From contig JBKAGP010000001.1 of the NCBI GenBank assembly GCA_046290465.1, positions 5,952,001-6,016,000 of the forward strand: a DNA stretch of 64,000 nt. The letters are read 5' to 3'. The position numbers were made by a program, and so were the translations under genes. Origin of the DNA: Planctomycetota bacterium. GTDB taxonomy: Bacteria; Planctomycetota; UBA1135; UBA2386. The notes beneath the pieces were generated by a model, which made no database searches, was not told where the DNA came from, and worked only from the letters and a program-made list of their open reading frames with translations. Within the stretch, counting starts at the first letter, position 1; each line of letters opens with the position of its first letter. Of the stretch, positions 41,037-50,523 are shown one piece after another.

Positions 41037-42101
41037 ATGGAACGAGAGGAAGTGGCGGGTGCGCTGCGCGGCGCGCGGTCCCGGATCGTCGCCGAGTTGC
41101 TCGAGATCGACGGCTTCGGAGGCCCTCGCGACCAGGTCCGCGCCGGCCTCGAGGCGGTCGTCGACGACCTGGCTACGGCCGTGCAGTTCTCGTCGTCGGG
41201 CCTGACCGATCGGGCCTTGTCGTGGTGGAAGGTGCGCGTGCGCGCCCTCGGTGGCGATCCCCGCCAGGTGGTGCTGCTGCCCGGCTACCTGCTGCCCCTG
41301 GCGGCCCGCTTCGTGCCCGAGCTGGCGCTGCCGACGCTCGAGGCGCTGCTCGCCCACGCCGACCAGGTGGTCGCGCACGCGCCCGAACGGGCGCCGGTGG
41401 GGGCGGACCTGCACCCGTCGCTGGTGCCGGGCGGGCTCGGGCGCGAACTGGCCGACGCGATGTGCGGGGGCGATCGCACCGCGGCCGCGGCGATCCCGGC
41501 GCGGCACGGCGCCGAGCCCAGCGCCTGCCTGCGGGACGGCCTCGAGCCGGCGCTGCGCGAGTACGGGGCGCGCTGGCAGAACGGCGAACTCGATCCGGCC
41601 GTCGAGCACGTCGCCTCACGGATCGCGAGCGAGCTGGTCGCGCACGCCGCCCGGCAGGTGCCCGAACCGCCGGGCGACGCGCCGCTGGTGGCGCTGGTGC
41701 GCGCGGCCGGCGACGAGCACTCGCTGGGCCAGGCCTGCCTGCGCGTGCACCTCGCCGCGCACGGCCTGCGTTCGCGCGTGCTCCCGGGCGACGGCCGGCT
41801 GCAGGACGTGCTCGCGATGGTCGCGGCCGTCGGCGCCTCGGCCGTGGCGATCTCGTGCACGCTGACGCGCCAGCTCGAAGCCGCGCGCGACCTGGTCGCG
41901 GCGATCCGGCGATCCGAGCTGGCCGCGATGCCGGTGCTGCTCGGCGGCGGCATGTTCGTCGACGTGCCGCAGCTTGCCTCGCAACTGGGCGCCGACGCGA
42001 CCGCCGTGGACGGCGAGCAGGCCGCCGCCGAACTCGCCCGGCTGCTCGGTGTCGCGGTTCCGATGCACGATGGGGCACAGCGTCCCGACCGGAGCGGTTG
42101 A
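41037..42101 (+). CDS. cobalamin-binding protein (four-helix bundle + Rossmann B12 domain) with uncharacterised N-terminal helical domain
   Basis: W-x9-EH (WQNGELDPAVEH), D-x-H-x2-G (GDEHSLG), ISCT, LLGGG. Confidence 0.85.
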   Translation: MEREEVAGALRGARSRIVAELLEIDGFGGPRDQVRAGLEAVVDDLATAVQFSSSGLTDRALSWWKVRVRALGGDPRQVVLLPGYLLPLAARFVPELALPTLEALLAHADQVVAHAPERAPVGADLHPSLVPGGLGRELADAMCGGDRTAAAAIPARHGAEPSACLRDGLEPALREYGARWQNGELDPAVEHVASRIASELVAHAARQVPEPPGDAPLVALVRAAGDEHSLGQACLRVHLAAHGLRSRVLPGDGRLQDVLAMVAAVGASAVAISCTLTRQLEAARDLVAAIRRSELAAMPVLLGGGMFVDVPQLASQLGADATAVDGEQAAAELARLLGVAVPMHDGAQRPDRSG

Positions 42102-42135
42102 GCGGCGTTGCTTGCAGGCGGCGGTGACGGCCTCG

Positions 42136-44259
42136 TCACCGGCAGTAGACGAGGATCTCGCCGCCGCCAGTGGGCACCTCGAACGCCCCGGAACCCGCCT
42201 CGCGCTCGGTCGCCAGCTCCCACTCGAAGTCGCCCGGGTACAGGTCGAGGCGCCACTTAGAACAGTCTCCTCCCTTGGTCTCGACCACGATGGTCTTGCC
42301 TGCCTGACGCAGCGACAGCGTCGCTTCTCCATATGGCTGCCGCAGCCCTTCGATGCGCAGGGTCGTCTCCGTTGCGCTTCGTTGCGGCATCGACAGCGCG
42401 CCGCTGTGTCCTGCAGCCACCCGCATGCGATGGACGTGAGGTGCGACGCCTCTGCCGAACCACGCGAACTCGTACTCGCCGACGGACAGCTCGCCGAGAT
42501 CCCAATGCGCACGCTCCCGGTCGCGGGCCAGCATGATCCAGGTGTCCTGCGAAGCCTGCCGCAGACCGAGCAGGCAGCGGCTGCCTGCGATGCTGTCGCC
42601 GTCGACGACCATCCGGCACGACACCGTCTGCGGCAGTTCCCAGTAATAGGAGCTGACGCCCAACGGCTGCACCGTGGTCTCGGCGCGATACGGCAGGTGC
42701 CAGTCCGAGACGCTGATCTCGCAGGTGTAGGTGCCCGGCGGAATCGACGTGATGTCGCAGACCCCGTCGACGACCGAGCCGGTGAACACGCGGTTGCTGC
42801 CGTCGACCTCGGTAAGCCGGACCGGCCACGCCCCTTCGCAGGCGCCGCCCCCGCTCGAACGAACGTCGAGGTGCAGCGCCCCACTGGGCAGCTCTGCTGC
42901 CGAGACGACGATGCGCGCATACGTGCGCGGATGTGCCTGCACGGTCTTCAGGGTGCGTTCGAAGCCAGCGTGGGTGCGCACGACGACACGCAGTTCCAGC
43001 GCCCGTGCCGGCACGTTGCCGAACCGGAACGTGCCCAGTGGCCCGATGACGGCCGGTGCACGGGCGCCGGCGCCGTGCAGCAGGACGAACGTGGTGCCGA
43101 TCTCCGCAGGCACGCCCTGGACTTCGCCGGTGAGGGAATCGGTCGCTTCGATCTCCCATGTGTGTTGCACGACCTTGCCAGGGATCTCGGTTTCGGCCCA
43201 CGGCCCCCCGTCCGCCAGCAGAACCCTGACGGGGTCCTTGGCCACGTCGCGCAGGCGCGCCCGGCCCGCCGCGACGAGGGCGCTGCGCTCGACCGTCCCG
43301 TGCCAGGTCACCTTGCCCTGCGCAACCGGGCCGTCGCCCTGGACCGACAGCGAGATGTCGATACTGCGGGCCTGCTGGAGCACGATCCTGGCACCGTGCA
43401 TGTCGCGGCTGTCGCCGGCGACCATGCCGTCCCGGTCGGCGACCCAACGCTGCCATCCATCGGGAACGCGCAGCAGAGCCTCGCCGTGTTCGTCGGTCAG
43501 GCCACGGTCGCGCACCCTGCCCTGGTCGTCGATCGCGTCGACGACCGCGTCCGCAACGGGGTGGCCGGTCGCCGTCTCGACGTGGACCGATACCGCCTTG
43601 TGCAGAGGTGCCAAGCCGGCCACGTTCGTGCCGTTGCTCCAGTCGCTGACCTTGCCCGCCTCGCGATAGACCGCCCGGACCAACGCCGCCGGGTCGACGG
43701 TCACGGCAGCGAGCTGTGGGTTCTGCAGCGACTCGGCGACGCGGAACACCCAGTCGGCCGGGCTGACCGAGCGGGTGAGCAGTTCGCATCCTTCGGTGCC
43801 CGCATGCTCGATCGAGACGGCGTTGTCCGGGAGGGGGCGCAACCGGACCGAGGTCTTGCGACTGCCGATCACCAGCGGTGGACGACGATCGCTGAACAGC
43901 ACGGCTGCCTCGCCGAACGCCGGATCCCAGGCGATCACGGCGTTCTCGGCGTTGGCCGGGATCACGATGTGTCGGCGAACGCGGAAGTCCGCAGTTGCGA
44001 TGCCGCACGCCTCGTCGAAGCCTTGTTCGCTTCGCGTGACCCGATACTCGATGAGGTCCTCGTCGTTGCGGCGTGTGATCGGCGTCGAGCCGGTTTCCGG
44101 CGTCGGCGCCGTGCCGTCGCCGCTCGCTGGACCAGCAGGCTGCTGGGGGGTGTCCGGGGTCGGACCCGTGGTGGGGGCTCCGGAACTCCAGTACCAGAGG
44201 CCTGCCACGACCGCCGCGAGGCAGGCGACGGCAAGCACGAGCAGCCTTGCGTTCTGCAT
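42136..44259 (-). CDS. membrane-anchored beta-rich protein with carboxypeptidase-regulatory-like repeats
   Basis: N-terminal TM, Pro/Thr linker, repeats GHPVADAVV, GLTDEHG, GTFRFGNVP, SIPPGTYTCEI, LYPGDF. ATG sits 2 nt after the upstream stop. Confidence 0.65.
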   Translation of the reverse strand: MQNARLLVLAVACLAAVVAGLWYWSSGAPTTGPTPDTPQQPAGPASGDGTAPTPETGSTPITRRNDEDLIEYRVTRSEQGFDEACGIATADFRVRRHIVIPANAENAVIAWDPAFGEAAVLFSDRRPPLVIGSRKTSVRLRPLPDNAVSIEHAGTEGCELLTRSVSPADWVFRVAESLQNPQLAAVTVDPAALVRAVYREAGKVSDWSNGTNVAGLAPLHKAVSVHVETATGHPVADAVVDAIDDQGRVRDRGLTDEHGEALLRVPDGWQRWVADRDGMVAGDSRDMHGARIVLQQARSIDISLSVQGDGPVAQGKVTWHGTVERSALVAAGRARLRDVAKDPVRVLLADGGPWAETEIPGKVVQHTWEIEATDSLTGEVQGVPAEIGTTFVLLHGAGARAPAVIGPLGTFRFGNVPARALELRVVVRTHAGFERTLKTVQAHPRTYARIVVSAAELPSGALHLDVRSSGGGACEGAWPVRLTEVDGSNRVFTGSVVDGVCDITSIPPGTYTCEISVSDWHLPYRAETTVQPLGVSSYYWELPQTVSCRMVVDGDSIAGSRCLLGLRQASQDTWIMLARDRERAHWDLGELSVGEYEFAWFGRGVAPHVHRMRVAAGHSGALSMPQRSATETTLRIEGLRQPYGEATLSLRQAGKTIVVETKGGDCSKWRLDLYPGDFEWELATEREAGSGAFEVPTGGGEILVYCR

Positions 44260-44261
44260 GT

Positions 44262-45260
44262 TCAGGTTCGGTTCCTCGCCATCATGCCGACCAGCAGGCT
44301 GACGCCGACCAGCAGACTCAGGCACAGCCAGCGGCGCCAGGTCGTCGGCACGCGGGCTTCGCGCCAGACTCCTTCGGACTCGAGGACGGCCAGAAAGCGG
44401 CTCGAGCCGGTCGTGTCGACGTATTCCATCGGTGCAGCCCCCTGCCGTTCGTAATCCAGGCGATAGGTATAGTCATCGATCGCGACCATGCGAGGCCACG
44501 GTGGAGCCTCCGTCAGTCGGGACACGTCGACGAGATGCATCTCCCGCTCGAGACCGGGCTCGGCCGGGACGTGCACGCGTACGTCGGACCAGCATGGAGC
44601 ATGTGCATCCCCGGTGTCGATGCGATTGGTGTAGGCATAGGTGACGCCCGCCTGCTCGGGCACATGGGGGTTGTGCTCGATCGTCAGGCTCGCTGGCGCC
44701 AACTTCACGGCGCAGCCCTGCGAGGTGCGCACCATGGTGCCCTCGGCGGTGCCCACGGCCTCGCCCAGTACGACCGCGAGGTGGCCTCCTCCCCAGAGGA
44801 AGTGCCCGAGCTGCAGCAGCGCCCCGGCCAGAGCTGGATCGCGGTCGTGGGAGGACTGGTCTCGTCGCACACTAGCGAGTGGACGACAGCGCAGCACTTC
44901 GCCGTCCGCGTCCCAGTAGATGCCCTCCTGCACGCCACAGTCATGCCAGCCGACGGAAGGCTGCGTCAGGTCCCCGGTCCAGTTCGCGGGGTATTGGTCG
45001 GTCCACAGGGTCCATGCATCCGGCCCGGCCAACCAGAGCCGCATGTGCAGTACGCGGCCATGTGCGTTGGCATCGACGAGGGTGGTGCTCCATTCGGCAT
45101 AGGTGGCGCCGAGCTTGCGGTAGCCATCGCCGCTCCATTCCTGGGCGGAGCACGTGACGACTAGCAACCCTGGCAGAAGGCCCTGCAGGAGGCCCCGCCG
45201 AAGGCGCTGCAGAAGGCCCTGCCGCAGGTGTCGTCCGAGGTCATGAACGTGCATCGCCAC
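44262..45260 (-). CDS. hypothetical exported protein with C-terminal membrane anchor
   Basis: Signal-like N-terminus; C-terminal RRWLCLSLLVGVSLLVGMMARNRT; overlaps the MauE-like gene. Confidence 0.6.
   Translation of the reverse strand: MAMHVHDLGRHLRQGLLQRLRRGLLQGLLPGLLVVTCSAQEWSGDGYRKLGATYAEWSTTLVDANAHGRVLHMRLWLAGPDAWTLWTDQYPANWTGDLTQPSVGWHDCGVQEGIYWDADGEVLRCRPLASVRRDQSSHDRDPALAGALLQLGHFLWGGGHLAVVLGEAVGTAEGTMVRTSQGCAVKLAPASLTIEHNPHVPEQAGVTYAYTNRIDTGDAHAPCWSDVRVHVPAEPGLEREMHLVDVSRLTEAPPWPRMVAIDDYTYRLDYERQGAAPMEYVDTTGSSRFLAVLESEGVWREARVPTTWRRWLCLSLLVGVSLLVGMMARNRT
45173..45228. repeat. 4-5 x 12-bp tandem repeat within the signal-peptide coding region
   Basis: gcagaaggccct / gcaggaggcccc / gccgaaggcgct / gcagaaggccct. 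Confidence 0.7.
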
Positions 45261-45690
45261 TCCCTCGAACGCGTCGCAGGGCTGCGGGCGCGAGCAGCGC
45301 GACCAGCAGCAGATTGCGCCAGAGCAGCAGCGAGATGCCGTCCAACACCCGCTCGCGGCGCAGCAGCTTGCCGAAGCAGTTGCACATCGGCGCTTCGTTG
45401 ACGATCGACTCGATGACGAGCATCGCCGCGAACAGCGCCAGCAACCCGATGGCCGAGCGGGCCGTCGCGCGGCGTCGACCCGGCAGCATCACGTAGGCCA
45501 GCAGCAGGCCCCATTCCACGCTGGGCAGGAGCATCGCGATCGGCAGCTCCATCGTGTCGGGGATCGTCTGCCAGCCGGCAAGCGAATCGAGGAAGTCGTC
45601 AGCCGCATAGGCCTTCGCCAGTCCGGCGCAGCCCAGGACCGCCATGGCAAGCAGAGGGCATGCCTCGCGTAGCAGGGTCGACCACTTCAT
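45241..45690 (-). CDS. MauE/DoxX family redox-associated membrane protein
   Basis: AGLAK, LPSVEW, CNCFG (CxCFG), WRNLLL; four TM helices; GGAG RBS. Confidence 0.85.
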   Translation of the reverse strand: MKWSTLLREACPLLAMAVLGCAGLAKAYAADDFLDSLAGWQTIPDTMELPIAMLLPSVEWGLLLAYVMLPGRRRATARSAIGLLALFAAMLVIESIVNEAPMCNCFGKLLRRERVLDGISLLLWRNLLLVALLAPAALRRVRGSGDARS

Positions 45691-45757
45691 GCAGGTCTCC
45701 GTCGAGATGGGCGGGGTGGTGGTCGGGCCGCGGGTCTGCGGCCCGATCGGCCAGCGG

Positions 45758-46240
45758 CTAGAAGCCGCCTTCCGGCTCTACCGGGTCCTCCTCGTCGGAG
45801 CCGCCGTAGTTCTCGCACTCGACGCCGAATAGCTCGTGACCCTTGCAGGTGTAGTTCGCCTGCGAGATCGGGTCGCACTGGCCGTGGACCGTGGTGCTGC
45901 ACGTGTAGCGCCACTGCGTGCACTTGCCGTCGATGCCGGAGTTCCTCCAGTCGCTCCAGCAGCCAGCTGCCCCGGTCGGGCAGTCCATCTGCCGCCAGAC
46001 GAGGTCGTTCTTGAGGGTGATGTTGGTCGCCGGATTGGCGGCCGGGCAGTACCACGGCGAGCCGAGGTTGCTGTTCACGCAGTAGGTCTTCTTGCCGGGA
46101 GTGAACCCGGAGTTCGCGGTCCCGTCACCCAAGGCGCAGCACCTTGCCTGGTAGCGCGTGTAGCACTCCGTTGCGTCGGACGCGGCCATCAACAGCATCA
46201 GCGGTACGGCCAAGAGCACGTACTTCAGCTTGCTAAGCAT
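45758..46240 (-). CDS. secreted cysteine-rich small protein (160 aa, 12 Cys, acidic tail)
   Basis: AGGAGA RBS; signal peptide MLSKLKYVLLAVPLMLLMAASDA; GC3-biased codons. Confidence 0.85.
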   Translation of the reverse strand: MLSKLKYVLLAVPLMLLMAASDATECYTRYQARCCALGDGTANSGFTPGKKTYCVNSNLGSPWYCPAANPATNITLKNDLVWRQMDCPTGAAGCWSDWRNSGIDGKCTQWRYTCSTTVHGQCDPISQANYTCKGHELFGVECENYGGSDEEDPVEPEGGF

Positions 46241-46307
46241 CGGATCTCCTTCTTCGCAGCCGAACTTGCAGAGCCTGGGAGTCAGGCGCCATCGTCGGCG
46301 ACTCCAA

Positions 46308-46336
46308 GTTCTACGTATTACACCTGGCGATGTCAG
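46308..46336 (-). promoter_or_regulatory. possible sigma70-type promoter of the Cys-rich cassette
   Basis: Minus strand CTGACA-N17-TAGAAC, ~70 nt upstream of the ATG in an AT-richer spacer. Confidence 0.3.
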
Positions 46337-46459
46337 GGGGGTAGGTACGAACATTCCGTCGGATCGCGCTCACGGGCCACGGCCAGCCATTGCCAGCTCG
46401 CCCCAAGAGGTGAGAAGTCAGCCCCTTGGGTGCAGGCGGTCAGGCGCCGATCCGGGCTC

Positions 46460-47860
46460 TCAGAGGTCGTCGACCGATCCGGTGCTGTCCGAGAACGTGT
46501 CGGTCTCGACCCCGAGCCGCTGCAGCATCGTCACGAACAGGTTCGACAGCGGCAGGTCGTCGTAGTCGAACTCGCGCTGCCACGGTTCGGTGCCGCCGCT
46601 CCATGAGCCGCCGAAGACGTTCTCGCCGGCATAGTTCAGGTAGCGGCCGTGGCGCAGGCCGAGGGCGTCGCCGCCGAACAGGATCAGCGGGTAGTTGCGC
46701 GACAGGTGGAACGCGCTCGATGCCGAGCCGAACAGCACCAGCGTGTTGTCGAGCATCTTGCCGTCGCCGCCGGCCTCGGGCGTCGTGCGCAGCTGGTCGA
46801 GGAAGCGATGCAGCTCCTCGCACAAGAACCGGCAGTAGAGGCCGAAGTTCTTCCAGCCGCCCGGCTTCTTGGTCTCGTGCGACAGCTGGTGCGCGAGCGG
46901 GAAGCCGATCGCGCGCGACAGGTAGTCGCTGATGCCGACGCTGTTCTCACGGCCGATCTGGTAGGTCACGACGCGCGTCGAGTCGGTGCGCAGCGCCAGG
47001 AACATCAGCCCGAACATCGCCTGCAGGTAGTTGCGCGAGTCCTCGGGGCCGACCTCCAGCTGCAGGTCGTGCCGTTCGATCGTCGGCAGCGGCGTCGACA
47101 CCCAGTGGCGCGCCTTCTGCACCTTGAGCTCGGTGGTGCGCACAGCGTCGAGGTACTCGTCGAGCGACGCCTTGTCGTGGCCGCTGAGCCGGCGCCGCAG
47201 CGCGCGCGCGTCCTCGAGCAGGTCGTCGAGCGCCGATTCGTCGAGCGCCAACCGGCGGGCGGCGTCCTCGTCGCTGGTGACGAACAGCGCGTCGAAGATC
47301 TTCTTCGGCTTGTGTGCGGCGGGGATCGCGCGGCCCTTGCGATCGAACGACAGCGTATGGGCGCCGCGGGCAGTGCCGGTGCCGCCGTCGGTCGACATCA
47401 CCAGCGACGAGAAGCGCGTCTGGTGGCCGACGTGCGACGCGAACTCCTGGTCGAGCGAGATCGAGTTCTTGTAGTCGTCGCGCGCGCCGGTGTCGGCGCC
47501 GGTCAGGAACTGGTCGGCGTTCGAGTGGCCGTGCACGGCGCGCACGCGCGGGTGCGACAGGCCGGAAAGGATCGTCATCCGTTCGCGCAGGTCGGCGAGC
47601 GGCTCGAGGCATCTGGTCAGCCGGTAGTCGCGGCCGTTGCCGTGCGGGAACCAGGACCAGTCCTCGTGGGCCGGATCCTGCGGCAGCGGCATCGGCACCC
47701 CGTCGGGCTGGTAGGCGCAGACCAGCCGCTTCGGCCGGTCGCGGCGCGGGTCGGTGGCGGCCGCAGACGCCAGCACGCCGAACGACTCGAACGCCGGCAG
47801 CGCCAGCGCCGCGGCGCTGCCGCGCAGGAACCTGCGGCGATCCAACGTGTCGATCCTCAT
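46460..47860 (-). CDS. DUF1552 domain protein (Tat-type signal)
   Basis: LDRRRFLRG..LALP, PKRL, SISLDQ, DEYL..VR..E, TDSTRVVT, LDNTLVLFGS. Confidence 0.9.
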   Translation of the reverse strand: MRIDTLDRRRFLRGSAAALALPAFESFGVLASAAATDPRRDRPKRLVCAYQPDGVPMPLPQDPAHEDWSWFPHGNGRDYRLTRCLEPLADLRERMTILSGLSHPRVRAVHGHSNADQFLTGADTGARDDYKNSISLDQEFASHVGHQTRFSSLVMSTDGGTGTARGAHTLSFDRKGRAIPAAHKPKKIFDALFVTSDEDAARRLALDESALDDLLEDARALRRRLSGHDKASLDEYLDAVRTTELKVQKARHWVSTPLPTIERHDLQLEVGPEDSRNYLQAMFGLMFLALRTDSTRVVTYQIGRENSVGISDYLSRAIGFPLAHQLSHETKKPGGWKNFGLYCRFLCEELHRFLDQLRTTPEAGGDGKMLDNTLVLFGSASSAFHLSRNYPLILFGGDALGLRHGRYLNYAGENVFGGSWSGGTEPWQREFDYDDLPLSNLFVTMLQRLGVETDTFSDSTGSVDDL

Positions 47861-47871
47861 GTCGCGTGGCC

Positions 47872-50523
47872 TCATCGGTTGCAGAACAGTTCGCTGCGCG
47901 CGATCGCGCGGATCATGGTAGCAAGGCCGTCGCCGCGCATCCGCACCTCGGCGGTGATCTCGTCGATCGCGGCGCGGTCGGAGAACGCCAGCGGCCGGCC
48001 GAGCGCGAAGGTGGTCAGCTTGCGCACCAGTGCGCGCACCAGCTGGTCCTGTCGGTGCAGCAGCAGGAATCGCTTCAGCCCGTCCATGCCGTCGAGCTTC
48101 TGGTCGTTGAACAGCACGCCGACGGCGTCGACGGGCTTGCCGCCGATCGCGTCGCGCCAGCTGCCGACCGCGTCGTAGTTCTCGAACGCGATGCCCCACG
48201 GGTCGATCTTCTGGTGGCACGAACGGCAGGCGGCCTGGTTGCGGTGGTCCTCGATGCGCTCCTTCAGCGTCATCTGCGCGATGCGCGGATCGGCCAGGTC
48301 GATCTCCGGGACGGCCGCCGGTGGCGGCGGCGGCGGGTCGTCGAGCAGCCGTTCGAGCATCCAGATGCCGCGCTTCAGCGGGTGCGAGTCCTTGCCGTCG
48401 CTGTTCATCGCCAACAGCCCCGCCTGTGTCAGCAGCCCGCCGCGCCGCCGCGCGTCGTCGAGCGGCACGCGCCGCAGCTCGTTGCCGATCACGGCGTCGG
48501 TGCCGTAGTGGCGCGCCAGCCGTTCGTTGGCCATCGCGAAGTCCGAGTGCACGAAGTCGAGCACGCTCGCATCGGAGCGCAACAGCTCCTCGAAGAACGC
48601 GATCGGCTCGCGCTGCATCGCGTCGTGCAGCGACGCGTCGAACGACGGATGCGCCTTGCGGTCGATGTCGACGTAGTCGAGCAGCGCGAGATTGAGCCAC
48701 TGGCGCACGAACCGGTACGAGAACCGCGCCGCCTTCGGCGAGGCCAGCATGCGGGTGACCTGCTCGTCGACGCGCCGCGGATCGCGCAGGCCGCCGTCGC
48801 GCGCCGCCCGCAGCAGCGGTTCGTCCGGCGTGCTGCACCACAAGAACGTCGCCAGCCGCGTCGCCAGTTCGTGGTCGGCGAGCGCGCGCTCCGGCGACGG
48901 GGCCGACAGGTAGAGGAAGTTGGGCGAGGCCAGCGCCGAGGCGAACACCTCGACCAGGGCGCCTTCGGCGTCGTCGCAGCGGGGGCGCAGCCGGTCGAAC
49001 AGGCGGAGCTTGCGGTCGAGTTCGTCGCGGCTCGGAGCCCGCCGCCAGGCGCGCGCCAGGAACCGTCGCAGCGTGCGTTCGGCGTAGGCGCGTTCTGCGA
49101 CGTCGGCAGCGCGAACCGGCAGCAAGGCGCGGTGGCTCGGCGGCGGCCAGCTCCGGTAGGCAGGCGCGGTCACCTCGACGTGTTCGACCAGCAGCGCGTC
49201 GCCGGCGAGCGCCGCGTTGTCGATGCGCAAGTACTCGGACGGGTTGGGCAGGTCGCCCATCTTGTTGACGCCGCGCACCAGGTTGCGCGGATAGATGCTC
49301 GGGATCGGGATCTGCCACTCGAACCAGCGTGCGGCGCCCGGGGCGGCGTCGACGACCACGTCGCGTTCGCTCAGCACCGAGTGGGCTCGCGAGTCGTTGC
49401 TAGCCTGCCAGCCGTAGACGAGCCGGATGCGCGGCGGGCGGTCGCGATCGTCGCCGACGCGCGCGGCGCGGATCCGCACCTGCAGGGTGCCGCGCTCGGG
49501 CACCCGATCGCCGAGCTCGACGCGCACGCCGCGGCCCGCCGGCACGTGCACGAACGTCGTCCCGAGCGCCGGCGGCGGACCGAGTTCGTGCGTCGGCGCC
49601 CACGCGAACCGGCCGCCGTTGTAGCCCCAGCGGGTGCGCGCCTGCCGGCCGGTCGCGCCGTCGACGTAGTGGCTCGTGCGGGCGCCGGGTCGCTGGTTGC
49701 GGTCGAACTTCGCCAACTGCCTGGCGAGTTCCTCCGGGTCGGCCGCGTGCTGCTTCTCGAGTTTGCCGCGCTGCGCGTCCTGGTGACGGAACTCGCGCGC
49801 CGCGGCGTCCCGCATCGACACCGACCAGCGCAGCGGCGCGGGCCGTTCGCCGGTCACGGTCGCCAGCCGCAGCGCCTTGCGCGCCGCGTCGAGGTAGCCA
49901 CGAAACTCGACCGACGAGACGTGCAGCACCTCGGACGAGTTCTGGAAGCCGTCCTCGGAGATCGGGTCCGGCGGCAGGTCCTCGGTGAAGTCGTAGGCGA
50001 CGCCGAGCAGGTCCTGCAGCGCGTAGCTGAACTCGTAGCTGGTCATGCGCCGGAACGACGAGTGCTCGGAGGTCGCGCGGCGCGCCCGGGACGCGCGCTG
50101 GCTCTCGGTCGACAGCCAGTCGACCAGCCGAGCCTGGTCGGCATCCGCCAGCGGCGGCTCGTCCTCCGGCGGCATCTCCCCGTTGCTGACCGCGGCCAGC
50201 ACGTCGAGCCACCAGTCGACGTCGGTGCCCGCAAACAGGTCGGGATCGAGCGTGTCGAGGCGGAGGTCCCCCTTCTGCCGCTTCGGTCCGTGGCAGCGGA
50301 AGCAGCCGTTCTCGAGGATCGGTCGGATCTGCTGCGCGAACGTATCGAGATCGGCGACCGGCGCGTTTTCGGTGGCGGGCTGCTGCCCGCGATCGCGATA
50401 GGACGAGCGGGCGGCACCCTGCCGCTTCAGCTCGGCCCAGCCGGGTTGCTGGGCCTGGATGGTGCCGGCCAGCAGCAGGCTGGCGGCGCCGGCGAGGACG
50501 CGGACGAACGACGGGTTGGGCAT
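47872..50523 (-). CDS. planctomycete cytochrome c / DUF1587-DUF1595-DUF1592-DUF1588-DUF1585 protein
   Basis: CFRCHG, RRMTSYEF..LQDLLG, RAWRR, ELATRLATFLWCSTPD, RGGLLTQA, HPLKRGIW, CRSCH.KIDP.G. Confidence 0.92.
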   Translation of the reverse strand: MPNPSFVRVLAGAASLLLAGTIQAQQPGWAELKRQGAARSSYRDRGQQPATENAPVADLDTFAQQIRPILENGCFRCHGPKRQKGDLRLDTLDPDLFAGTDVDWWLDVLAAVSNGEMPPEDEPPLADADQARLVDWLSTESQRASRARRATSEHSSFRRMTSYEFSYALQDLLGVAYDFTEDLPPDPISEDGFQNSSEVLHVSSVEFRGYLDAARKALRLATVTGERPAPLRWSVSMRDAAAREFRHQDAQRGKLEKQHAADPEELARQLAKFDRNQRPGARTSHYVDGATGRQARTRWGYNGGRFAWAPTHELGPPPALGTTFVHVPAGRGVRVELGDRVPERGTLQVRIRAARVGDDRDRPPRIRLVYGWQASNDSRAHSVLSERDVVVDAAPGAARWFEWQIPIPSIYPRNLVRGVNKMGDLPNPSEYLRIDNAALAGDALLVEHVEVTAPAYRSWPPPSHRALLPVRAADVAERAYAERTLRRFLARAWRRAPSRDELDRKLRLFDRLRPRCDDAEGALVEVFASALASPNFLYLSAPSPERALADHELATRLATFLWCSTPDEPLLRAARDGGLRDPRRVDEQVTRMLASPKAARFSYRFVRQWLNLALLDYVDIDRKAHPSFDASLHDAMQREPIAFFEELLRSDASVLDFVHSDFAMANERLARHYGTDAVIGNELRRVPLDDARRRGGLLTQAGLLAMNSDGKDSHPLKRGIWMLERLLDDPPPPPPAAVPEIDLADPRIAQMTLKERIEDHRNQAACRSCHQKIDPWGIAFENYDAVGSWRDAIGGKPVDAVGVLFNDQKLDGMDGLKRFLLLHRQDQLVRALVRKLTTFALGRPLAFSDRAAIDEITAEVRMRGDGLATMIRAIARSELFCNR

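Noticed and set aside
45241..46240. Methylamine dehydrogenase (mau) operon
   Set aside because: Only a MauE-like gene; no mauB beta-propeller, mauD, mauG or amicyanin, and the Cys-rich protein lacks a Tat signal.
42101..46460. Integrative mobile element around the Cys-rich cassette
   Set aside because: No integrase, transposase, tRNA or flanking direct repeats were visible; only the compositional impression supports transfer.
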